From Neodothiora populina (Eukaryota), in NCBI RefSeq assembly GCF_041146345.1, contig NW_027191414.1:248001-312000 (forward strand): a DNA stretch of 64,000 bases, written 5' to 3'. This document shows, piece after piece, positions 23,501 through 33,033 of the stretch. The position numbers were made by a program, and so were the translations under genes. Position 1 is the stretch's first letter. The number at the start of each line of letters is the position of its first letter. The notes below the pieces were generated by a model. That model saw only the letters and a list, made by a program, of their open reading frames with translations, was not told where the DNA came from and searched no databases.

Positions 23501-25161
23501 TTGACCAACTTCTCCACACGCTGATCAATCGCCTTAAAGAGCCTTCATTTCCAGTACCAACTTTCGTCGAGGTCACGGCAGCGCTTGTCGGCTCAGGGTG
23601 CATGAAGATCAGCCTACCATTCCAGATAATTGGCAGACACATCGACCTCGCGCAAGGTACCGCGGTAGCGACTCGATATGCCCAGATGTTGTTAGAGTTG
23701 GTTCTTCCTCATAAGCTTGGCAAGGCTTTGGCTCATGGACCCGAAGTATACAAATTCATGCTGGAGCAGAAGATCTTCCTAGAGAGCCACACGGACGAAG
23801 TATTGCGCGTACTGCTTCTCACGTTGAGCAGCAGTTCAGAGCTGCCTATTGCTCCAGACTATACCGTCGATGAAAGAGCAATTACATTCCTCCGCTACCA
23901 CGTCAACAAACCCGATGGAATTTCGTCCGATACGTTACTGGATAAAGATGTTGCACCGTCTGGCGGGATGCAAATTCAACGTTTGCTGGATCATCTAATG
24001 GATCCGACAGATATGCACTCTGATACGATTATGACTCCAGTCGTGCGTGTTCAGCGCATACTGGGTTCTGCGAATGAGATCTCGTTCCGATCGTGCAAGT
24101 TGGCCTTGCAGTATTGCTGCACTTCCGCATCGCTCAGTGACGAGGACAGAGTCAGCTTGTTGCATGTGTTTCAAGACGCGATTGAACGCGACAGCCCAGT
24201 ATGGCCAGAAATTCTAAATGCTCTTGACGATCAGCTTGTACAATTTATCTACACTTGGGCTCGCAACAAGGCTATTGCACTGCTGTCTGATTTCGTATCT
24301 TCCACGGATTCTACTGTCAAGACTGCCGATATACGTCGTTATCTGTGTGCCGCAGAAGTCGCATCCTCGCCGTCCACCAACCAGGCTTGTCAACCGCAGA
24401 CCTTTGTTCTGCTTAACGAGCATCTGGCATCCCTCACGAAGCTTGTGGATAGCATCGACCCCTTGGACGTTGCACAGGCACCTAAGCGCCAACGAGTAGC
24501 TTTCGGTATCGATGTGCTCTTGCAAATCACGGTGAGGCAATACAGCTCGACTGTTGATAATATTTCTGCATCTCCGGAGATCACTGCGCTTGCGAGCACA
24601 ATATGTCTCTTGCTCATCCAGCAGAAGTTGCAGAATCAGCGAGGCATATTGGAATACCTGCTTGACGTTGCCTCCATCATTGTCGATGATCTGTCGTCTG
24701 AAACGATGGGTACAATTGTTCGTAACATGCCTGCATATGCACGCGTGGACCCCCGCGTGAAGTATCTATTCGGGATTACATTCTCTCCGGATTCATGGCT
24801 TGCACTGGCTTCGAAAGTGTACAATCAGCCCGCTCAGACCGCTGCGGGAGTCCAACAAGCGCAGTCCAGTATACCTTCGTCGCTGCCTCGACCATCTCAT
24901 CCACTGCCGCCACGGCCTGGCAGTGCCGCTCCTTCACGGACTCCATCGACCAGCAGCAACGCAAACGCCAACCTCAGCCTTTCCCAGCAACAGGCCCAAT
25001 CTCAGCGCCAGCCTACCCCGCTGCAGAGAGGCAACTACGAGATAAAATACAATCCATTTCAACTTAGGAGATGGGAAATCATGCCCGATCCTACACCCAA
25101 CATGGGGGCCAACGACACGTCCCTGAGTCTTGGATTATTCCAAGCAAGAAAGGTTACATGA
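20578..25161 (+). CDS. SRB8: Mediator kinase-module subunit Med12/Srb8
   Basis: 1527-aa single ORF. Med12 domain FKPPPRVTLTDTKREAWLKDLANPNVPLRRLSRTIPHGIRG...IPITRAVWLSKCVGANE. Conserved fungal C-terminus LRRWEIMPDPTPNMGANDTSLSLGLFQARK. Confidence 0.95.
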   Translation: MIPRPQTGTQRPPPPQRVSSTASHRPLNRPALPSKLSNVSSASQHERAARQLLRPQGAQPSPSQPLPKQESTAAVVKHEVIDLDMDDDTDVALEAQPLGLSIKPQSANSLLADGQSPRPWDGAAFPPMTPPQPPITKQQSLPLPTRPSFLADTAKRSSRPSSASKAVRRDPSRRSNGLRPPAIATTLPRGKVADFFPWTGGAGAHSEDLMNENTIRSGNNDKGAGPGCPLPAAESNTARPNLWPQLQSKQGLQVLSNLFCQVLEKRQQLGRCTAPSTFKPPPRVTLTDTKREAWLKDLANPNVPLRRLSRTIPHGIRGKALLEHCISKDIPITRAVWLSKCVGANEIRAFKRKGVSGPSALAGEVKWIRDWTTCVEDFVDGVIGDCGQNGWSRKMNYAIRLATYFFSEHLLDSEHFMDWLLSMLESSNLERLPIWVLLTQVYWKHMTSRRKLGRRLSEALVSHIQTLLQAGHPLSGPLMTRLQQLVFILAIAHQGCLIMPKSWNTYEETFNSVAYLGRFAHAKDAIQNVRKRNLRVMGGQVRAQSAGSLAKQILIDALDQAGFDGRVPPQALPSGGSMDQAQKILPTVLEWASSLHRHGMARIYLSARILRHWNITGADTDTVILEFLESAAVDVSVDAKALHDVVALLARSNHFSTGKYLQWLISTGALSGIPANASDAQLLLNLPTGQLQPHVFNLRRTVLHRMGYNIQSEQNAIAEWRTYLSSLLKTSTSQRPTLQQFAPSPPVPSGAVRCSVAQWLCEEFAGQRNIDYSRDGGEMMSIGRLHGFCVVRETLERFGDFLRLFVVLKAVAGSAVETQFLATIADTINMRADVFAAMGVLDELVRCVCNQQLELRRRLPLEKCFLLALSSLVQRVPCADIVRQSINADLQYCENQTSASACSPASDSMVVTGGGLPESDEDVDRVLTSGNTMDEHLFTRMFGVISDKAMKAGLPSVDRTGAWFAQLRRFDPSTFDQLLHTLINRLKEPSFPVPTFVEVTAALVGSGCMKISLPFQIIGRHIDLAQGTAVATRYAQMLLELVLPHKLGKALAHGPEVYKFMLEQKIFLESHTDEVLRVLLLTLSSSSELPIAPDYTVDERAITFLRYHVNKPDGISSDTLLDKDVAPSGGMQIQRLLDHLMDPTDMHSDTIMTPVVRVQRILGSANEISFRSCKLALQYCCTSASLSDEDRVSLLHVFQDAIERDSPVWPEILNALDDQLVQFIYTWARNKAIALLSDFVSSTDSTVKTADIRRYLCAAEVASSPSTNQACQPQTFVLLNEHLASLTKLVDSIDPLDVAQAPKRQRVAFGIDVLLQITVRQYSSTVDNISASPEITALASTICLLLIQQKLQNQRGILEYLLDVASIIVDDLSSETMGTIVRNMPAYARVDPRVKYLFGITFSPDSWLALASKVYNQPAQTAAGVQQAQSSIPSSLPRPSHPLPPRPGSAAPSRTPSTSSNANANLSLSQQQAQSQRQPTPLQRGNYEIKYNPFQLRRWEIMPDPTPNMGANDTSLSLGLFQARKVT

Positions 25162-26185
25162 TGAGAAGTTCGTTGTCAGTGTAGACACTTTCTGTCTTCG
25201 AATTCCTTTCCTTCAATATCACGACATATTGAATTCTTTTTGGATACACAATGCGCACGAACAAATACACAAATACACAGAGACAGAGTGGGCATATGAG
25301 GACGGTGTGAATCTAGACACATCAGGAGTATCTCATAACAAATACCATCATGTGCTGTCAGATATCATCTTAGCATGAAACGTCAGGGGACGTTTTATTT
25401 CGGGAGTTCTCAAGGTTTGAAACTCGGGCTTAGTTCCGATGAACGATTTTTTACCGTTGGTCTTGCAGGAGAGATCTGACCATGGGATATGTAGCGGGGC
25501 ATATCTTTTTCTTAGCCAGTATGTACTGGAACCTCTTTTCGGCTTTAGCTTTCCATGACATGGGTAGCAACAAACGGAGTTTTACTAAGGGATAATTTTT
25601 TGAAAAGAGAAGGCAAAGGGACATGACTTGGGACTCGGGCTGACACATCTATATACATGAAATGAAACAGCATATACAATACTCTATTTTGGACGAAATC
25701 CAGCATCTTTTACTGGCCTGTGATGTAAGTACGTCTTATATGGAGAATGCTCTTGACGGACCACCTCTGTCCTACCAAAATACGTTTGCCGCTCAAAAAC
25801 GAGTGTCGTGGTCAATCGGGGATATCGTCCATCATATCTTAAGGTAGACAGCACCAGATCACAGGAGGAAACGCCATCGGGGTCCGTGGCTTGTTCAGTT
25901 GACACCCCTCCAAGGTTTTGTCCTAAGGTCATCGATTGAACTCTATTGACGTTAGATTGTTACAGTATATGTGTTGTGTCTTTCCAAAATACAGTATTGC
26001 CATGGTTCCGAGTGTTCAAAAGAAAGAGAAAGCCAACTCATGTGTAATCTAAAACCTCTTTGCCTCTGGCGCTTATGCGACATTCCCATGTGACTGGATT
26101 TAGGACATGTTCGCTGCCCCATGGAATTAAGAGATGGCTGTCGCCTACATCTCTTCATCTCGTCACTTTACATTTGGCATCCAAA

Positions 26186-26648
26186 ATGTCACTTTTTTGA
26201 TCTCTTCTCTTCTGTGAGTTCTGCGGCAGCATCTCACGTAGAGAAGATCCCGCTGTGCCGAGGGATATAAAATGCGCACAATGCGAGTCTTCGAACCGAA
26301 GTGAACTCATATTGTCAGATGCTAACTTTTCCAGATCCCTGGCCGACGACCATCACAACAACAAGTGCCGATACTGCGTTTCCCTCGGCGCTGAAGAACA
26401 AGAAGTCGCACGTTCGAGAACTCACTGCTGAAGACTTGCAGACCTGGGCAACTGTGAACCAGACTTGCCCCAAATGTGGAAACCCTGAAACGAGATTCCG
26501 AGACATTCAGTTACGAAGTGCTGACGAGGGTACTACGATTTTTTCCACTGCCCAGAATGTAACCACAGGTGGGGACTGTAGATCTGTAGTGGGCGGTGCC
26601 GTCTTCTCTGGTTTGTATAACCATTGCAGATACTCTATGAACAATTAA
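26186..26648 (+). pseudogene. RPA12: RNA polymerase I subunit A12 (RPA12), disrupted as sequenced
   Basis: MSLF*SLLFCEFCG..CAQC N-terminal Zn ribbon, FPSALK linker, and CPKC...QLRSADEG TFIIS-like domain. TGA at 26198-26200. A 1-nt deficit in the T run 26539-26544 removes FFHCPEC. Splice signals are weak. Confidence 0.75.
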
Positions 26649-26994
26649 CACGGATTTCTCGGGGAATGAATCTGGTCCCAATATATGAAGACGAGCTATC
26701 GCCTTTGCCTAAGCTGGATATTGGCGGAAATTCCTGTCTACATCTTCAGATTCCCCTCGGTGGTATCTTGGAGATTCTGATAAGAAACGCGTAGATGACA
26801 AGCCTGACTTGAAGGCTCTGGCAGAAGCAGGGTTTCTGGGTTCGAAGGGAGCACCAATAACGAATTTCTTTGTATCAATCCCATCAATAAATCCATGTTG
26901 GAATGATCTCTGGCCTGTGAAGTGCGGGTGTATCGGCAGACAGGGCATGGCTTCTTGCCACTTGCACGACTAGTACATGTAACGCCTTCCATCT

Positions 26995-28637
26995 CTACAT
27001 CTCCCTGACCTCTCTAGTCTCGCCAACATGAGCACGAAACGACTTCTTCTCCATATCCTCTCCAACCTCATGGACCCCTTCCACCTCCACCTCACCACCA
27101 CTCTCCTCCCCAGTAATCCCCACGCTGCCTATCTTCTTCTCTTCCCACCTCGCCAATCCCCATATGCCGACCACAGCGACTAATCCCGCGATGACGAACC
27201 CAAAAGTGGCGGGAAACCCGTACCTGAAGCTGGGCGCCATGGTCTGGGGAAAAATGACTATGGGCAGCCAGGCGGCAACGGCGTATTGGATGCCGTTCAT
27301 CGAGGAGATGACGAGGGCGCGCTCTTCGTTGTCTGAGGCACAAATTTCGTTGGCCCAGGTGTAGCTGTTTTGGTTCATTGTGTTAGTAAGATTTCGTTGC
27401 GGTAGGTGAACGAATTGGGAGGACAAGTCAGTGGGTGCGAGTGATAAAGACTTACAAAACAGCAGTCATGAGCTGCACACCGGTCGTCAAAAAGGCAAAC
27501 TCCTTGATCCTGATTCCCTGCGGCCAAACAGCAAGGATTCCATTCGGCACTAACCCATACACCAACGGGAAAAATACAAAAGCGAATCTTGACCCCGTGT
27601 AATCGGACCCAAAACCCCACAGCACAACACAAGCCGCCGAGATGAGGTTCGTGCCCGTCGGGATGATGTTTCGCTCCTCGACGGAGAAATGCTCTGATTT
27701 GAGCCAGATGGCGAAATACGACGACGCCTGACATGAAGATCCGTATAGCACGTAGGCGAACACGAAGGCGTACCATTTCCAGCGCTTGAGCACGCGCGCG
27801 AACGTCTGCAAGGTTAGTTTGACAGGAGGTGCCTTTCCCGCTCGAGCGACGCGGTCGATTGCGAGATCTCTCTCTGCATCAGACAAGAAGAACGCTCGAG
27901 TAGTGTAGGGCGTATCTGGCAGGAAGAAACACGTCGCGACCCCGACTGGTACAGTCATGCATCCGCAGACTATATACAGCCATCTCCAGCCCGCGAGGCC
28001 ATGTGCGCCGTCCAGATTCTTGTAGACTGCAGCTTGCAAGTAACCCGAGAACGCCGTGCCCAGCGGCGCAGTCATGTGGAACAGAGCCACTCGTTTAGCC
28101 AATTCCGTCTTGGTATACCACGACCCGAGCACGAAAAGCAGGACTGGAAAGAAAGAACTCTCGAAGAACCCAACAAGGAATCGGAATGCATACAGCATCT
28201 GCACGTTTCGGAGACCCGCTTGCGCGAACGTGAAGACGCCCCAGCCGATCTCCATGGCTGCGAGCCAGTAGCTAGGTCGGATGTACTGAATGATCAAGTT
28301 CGAAGGGATCTGCATGATAGCGTAGGCGATGGTATAGCATGTTCCCGCATAGGTGTATTGGTTGCCATTCATGGCCAGGTCCTCTTTCATGCCGCTGACA
28401 TAGGCATTGGACAAATTTCCCTGGTCGAGATACTTCAGGAAAAACCCCAGACATGCAATCGTCAGGATGGAAAAGTCGAGTTTTCGAAGCAAGGCGAGTT
28501 CTTGTGGGGTTTTGAGGTGGGTGTCTGTGTCCCAAATGAAAGAGCGGAGCTTTTGCGAGCCGGTTGATTAGTATCATGCGCCTTCGTAGATATGTTGTCG
28601 ATGGTGAACATACGCTTCTTTTGATATCAGCAACCAT
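26995..28637 (-). CDS. MFS anion:cation symporter family permease, pantothenate-transporter-like (Fen2/Liz1 type)
   Basis: Exon 1 MVADIKRS, intron, then LRSFIWDTD...LLRKLDFSILTIACLGFFLKYLDQGNLSNAYVSGMKEDL, WYTKTELAKR and GLAGWRWLY. The last exon carries YTWANEIC...ERALV and APSFRYG. Confidence 0.88.
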
Positions 28638-30404
28638 CTTTGCCACTATTTACTCTACGACTGTGTATATCCCGCCTTCTTGAAACAAGCAAGGAGTAAA
28701 ACAGAAAAAGAGTGACAAAACCCAACGTCCCAATCCATCAATTTAAACCCCGGGTCGCATCTCCGAACAAGACAGAGACAGATATATCAGCAATCTACAT
28801 ATTCTACATGTATCGTTCGTTCCAATCGCAGGGTATACCCACTCGACCCCTCTCGATTCAATCACGCAGCTCCAGCCCAGCCTGACTGATAGCTATATGC
28901 AGGACTGGATGACGATCAACCTAGATTAATTTCACCCTTCTATCTATCTGGGTCTCGCGATAAGCAACACAATTAAGCAAGAGATATCTCGGGTGCGAGT
29001 GCGGTTCGTGATATCCAATGAGGATAGTGGCGGAAGGGTTCAGTTCGTTTACTATGCTCAATACTTATCACATTGGCAGCAGACCCAAAGGCTAGATAGA
29101 TAGATAGACAGTCCACCAGACCATGAGATAGTCGAGACCGACCCAGATACTGTGAGGTATACACTGCACTTCAAACGACCAACCTCCACCCTCCTCCAGA
29201 CCCTTGGAGGGGGAATGCGTGATATGTCGCCATAAGATACAATACATTGTACCTTGCTTCTCCCCTACTCTAGCCTGACAAGTAATCACGCACTCAGAAG
29301 CAGCTGCAGAAACAGAAACAAACAGAGAGAAAGGGAAAGATGTATTGATTGCGTGCCCTCGAGGATGATGATGCGAGACGATGGTGTGAGATGTTGTCAT
29401 CAACCCACCTCATCTACTACTTTACTTCCTGTGTCCAGTACATATATATTATAGTCGTATACTCGATTAGTATCTTAGTTTCTCTAGGTAGGTAAGGTGA
29501 AGTAAGTGAAGGGAAGAAAGGGATGTCGCTCTATTAGGGCTCGCTCGCTTGCTACCTTGCCCACCCTGATCGCTTGTCGAGTTGGATTTAGACTGTGTTT
29601 CGTCGCTCTGACTCTGGTATCTAGACTCTTGTATCTGCGCGAGGCCACATGGAACGAAACGAAGTCGAGGAATAAATAGAGTAAATAGAGATCCTGCATG
29701 CATACATTCATGAATGGTTGGCCTATCTTTCGCGAACCCCTCGCATAGGGTAGGGTCACGCAGACCGACTGGCTGGCTGCAGGCTCTTGGAATAGAGATA
29801 GAGATAGTACGAGATAGTGATATTGTGCTGTGCTGTACTGTGCAGCGTTACAATGCCTTACTGTATCCCAGTCCTTATTCTACCCTAAGGTATCCTACCA
29901 TACCTCAGCCACTGGCATCTCATGTTGCCGAGGTCTCTTGGCAGTCGGCTGTATGTTAGATCGAAGTGAGGTACTATACAGTATCTATAGTAGGGCGTCT
30001 ATCTCTCTCGCGGATTGGCGAGCGGCAGTGTGCAGATCAAGAGCCTTGTTCGGGCCGGAACCTGTAGCGCGCCATGTCGCCTGATCGTGATAAGCTGTCT
30101 CTAGGGCCTTAGTACCGAGAGGAGAACAACGTGTGCAATCGTGCCATCAGTCGCTGTGCATCACGAAGACAACCAAGCTCATGCACGGATCCATCTTAAG
30201 TGTTAATTGGCTTGCCGAGACAGTAGTGGAAAGACTACAGGATATCATTTTCTACGAGGAGTGTTCGAGTATGGACGGCGACATGGCGACAAGCTTTGTT
30301 TTATGAAGTCGACGAACATTTGCTGCACTACACAGCACAGCAGGGTTACTTTCGAGGACGACATGGATCGAATGTCCGGATATACTACAAAGTAGCTCAT
30401 TTTT

Positions 30405-30725
30405 AGTCATTGACCATTCACTGGGTAGTCATTAGCTATCCATTGTGTAGTCATGCACTACTCGTTAAGTGTTCATTAACAGTTCATGTGCCTTAGTCAT
30501 CGACTTTTCTCCAGGCAGTCATTATAAGTTTACTAGACAGTCATTGACGATTCACCGGGTAGTCATTCATTTCACTATCCGTTAAAGGTTCATTATTGAC
30601 AGTTCGTGCGCTAGTCATTTACTACTTGTTGAGGAGTCATAGACCAGTCGTTAAGGAGTCATTAAAGATTAGAAGACCATTCATGGAGGAGCTATTGCAT
30701 ATTCATTGTAGAGTCATTGACCAAA
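30405..30725. repeat. Degenerate tandem array, ~22-bp period, ~14 units mostly starting AGTCAT
   Basis: Units include agtcattgaccattcactgggt / agtcattagctatccattgtgt / agtcatgcactactcgttaagt / agtcattgacgattcaccgggt / agtcatagaccagtcgttaagg. Confidence 0.8.
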
Positions 30726-31080
30726 TACGAGCTCCTTTGTGAGCATGTCCCTGAAAAGAGGAAAGACATAAGGTACTTTTGTCCCCCAGATCTTGTAGGA
30801 ACTTGTTGCCCTGCGATCTCGAGCAGAGACTGGCATGATACTTCAAGGCAGTATTAGACATTAGAGCGCCATCAGCTATGAGTGGAACTCACGCATGGTC
30901 CTCGAGGCTGCTGACGAGTCGTAATTGTGATACAGCCAATGTTCTATGCCGCGGAAATTTGCCGACGCATCTACAAGGGTACTCGTTTTCAGTCAATGAC
31001 CTCTCGATGGACATGAGATGAAAGGCAAAAGTGGAAGCCCATAAGTGACTGGAACAAAACAAAAATAAAGCACGCAAGGT

Positions 31081-31152
31081 CGACCACCATGGGACTCGAA
31101 CCCACAACCTTCCGCTTAGGAGGCGGACGCTCTACCATTGAGCCAAGCGGCC
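31081..31152 (-). tRNA. tRNA-Arg(CCU), intronless
   Basis: Reverse complement GGCCGCTTGGCTCAATGGTAGAGCG TCCGC CTCCTAA GCGGA AGGTT GTGGG TTCGAGT CCCAT GGTGGTCG folds into a cloverleaf. A and B boxes are present, the anticodon is CCT, and a T-run terminator follows. Confidence 0.95.
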
Positions 31153-31384
31153 AAGCGATAGCAGTTTTCTCGACCGATGTTGTACAGATAGAAAGAGCCA
31201 CTTCGGCACGTACCAGAATGATATGACCCAAGTCGCAACAGAGCTCTTGAGTCGACAATCGATTGAACATTGAATTTTGATGACTGGCTGGAATAAGAAA
31301 TTTGTGTACGACCGTCATGGCGCGTTGCTCGATTACCGCACTACTTTCTGTCGATTCCGTGTAGCTCATCGTGACATTCCTGCT

Positions 31385-32204
31385 TCATACTCCGTTGACC
31401 AGCCCATCGGCGGCGGCACGTGGTGCGAGCTGCCAGTCCTTGACACCACCCTTCCAGTCAGCAATCCTGCCATCACTGATCCTGACAACAACGACTCTGA
31501 CATCCTGGTCATCGACAAAAGCCTGTCTGCCTCCATCTTCGCCTGCGTTGATACCCTGGCTTGGGCTGGAGCTTATGATGCTCTGCGGTTGGCCTCCTGC
31601 AGAAGCGTCGTCGAATGTGTTGTTCTCCAGATGTTGCGTCTTGCACCACTTCTCCTCGTCGCTGCCTTGCGGTAAGACATATGCCGTACCGTTGATGGTG
31701 GCGGAAATAGAACCCATGGCCGAAGTGTTCATGCCCATCAGCAGAGTTGCCAATGAGCTTCGGCCTTGGTTGCGGCGCCCGTCGGGAGAGATGGAGCGCG
31801 AGTTGGTTGGTGGTCGGTGGCTCACCCAGTCGTGGACCAGAAGGGAGACGTTCGGGTTTGATAAGAGGTTCAGCGTTTTCTTGGAGCTTGGGTTCGTGGT
31901 CATGATTATCGTAGGACCAGCGGGGAGGTCTGAGTTTGCCTGGAAGGGGTGCGAAGGTAGGTAGGTGTAGTTCATCAGGGAGACGTGCGGTTGATTGTCG
32001 GTGCATGTGGCGAGATGCAGCTACAGGTATGGTTAGTACGTTACCAGCTACCAGATGTCTGCTTGAGATGGATGCTTTTTGCTATAGACTTACGAATCTA
32101 GCATTTTCGAGGCAGGCGACTACCTCACTCGGTAGACAAGTCGCTTGTTGCGGTTGTGTTTGGTCAGAGGTCTGCCAGCTCAAGGGGGGCTGTACGTCTG
32201 CCAT
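31385..32204 (-). CDS. Pyridoxamine 5'-phosphate oxidase-like FMN-binding split-barrel protein (2 exons)
   Basis: LPSEVVACLENARF/LHLATCTDNQPHVSLMNYTY...IIMTTNPSSKKTLNLLSNPNVSLLVHDWV...GRIADWKGGVKDW. GTAAGT..TAG intron at ~32093-32022. Confidence 0.88.
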
Positions 32205-33033
32205 GGTGGCTGAGTGCGTGACAGTGATGATGAATGATGTTGATGAGTGGACAATAAGACGACAATGACCACAATAGCTTATCGCTGATCACCCCAGAAG
32301 TAAGAGAGAGCGTGACGGAAAGATGCGCTCTGCCGCAAGGACGATATTCTTGGCGATGACGCTGCTTCCCTTACATACTTTAAATAAGGTACAAGTACAT
32401 TAAGGCATAAAACACGAAAGAATGCATTGACACGCGGCGATTCAGGTGTCGATGTCGATGTGCCGTCTCCGCACCCGGACAATAATGATCAGCTCAGGGA
32501 CCTTTTCAGTAATTACAGTAATTATCTGTTCTGCAGTACGGTAGAGTACACGATGTGCTTTGTGCTTCATCTGTCACGGAGCAGGAGGGGCGACCCTGAA
32601 TCGATCGGTAGGAGAAGCGGAGCGTTTTATTGCTGTGTACCGCACATTACTGCAATACTTGTACCATCGGCAGAGCAATGAAAGAGAACGAGAGTGACTG
32701 ACTATAATTGTACTTGCGAGTCCAGCACTGCCCGAGCCCAGCCACAATTCCACTGGCCTTTCGTAACAGAGAATACGAATCAGTACCTTGCCTTGCTGTA
32801 CCGCATCTGTCCAGCACCACTCCCCTGCCATTTTCCCGTCCCCTGCCCTGTCTGTCCCCTGCCTGCCTGCCTGCCTGCCCTGAGATGTACGTGACGGGGA
32901 TGCGCGTTGCCTGAACAAGTCTAACCTTGCCAACTGCTCCAATATCCAGCTTTAGTTTTGGATTCCCATATTCATAAATCTCCGAATAATTTCAGACAGC
33001 ACCCACCAGAGCAGCGCTGTAATTGAAACAAAA

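Noticed and set aside
25380..26160. Short minus-strand ORFs and one CTAAC..TAG acceptor-like signal between MED12 and RPA12
   Set aside because: No consistent frame or recognisable motif could be assembled.
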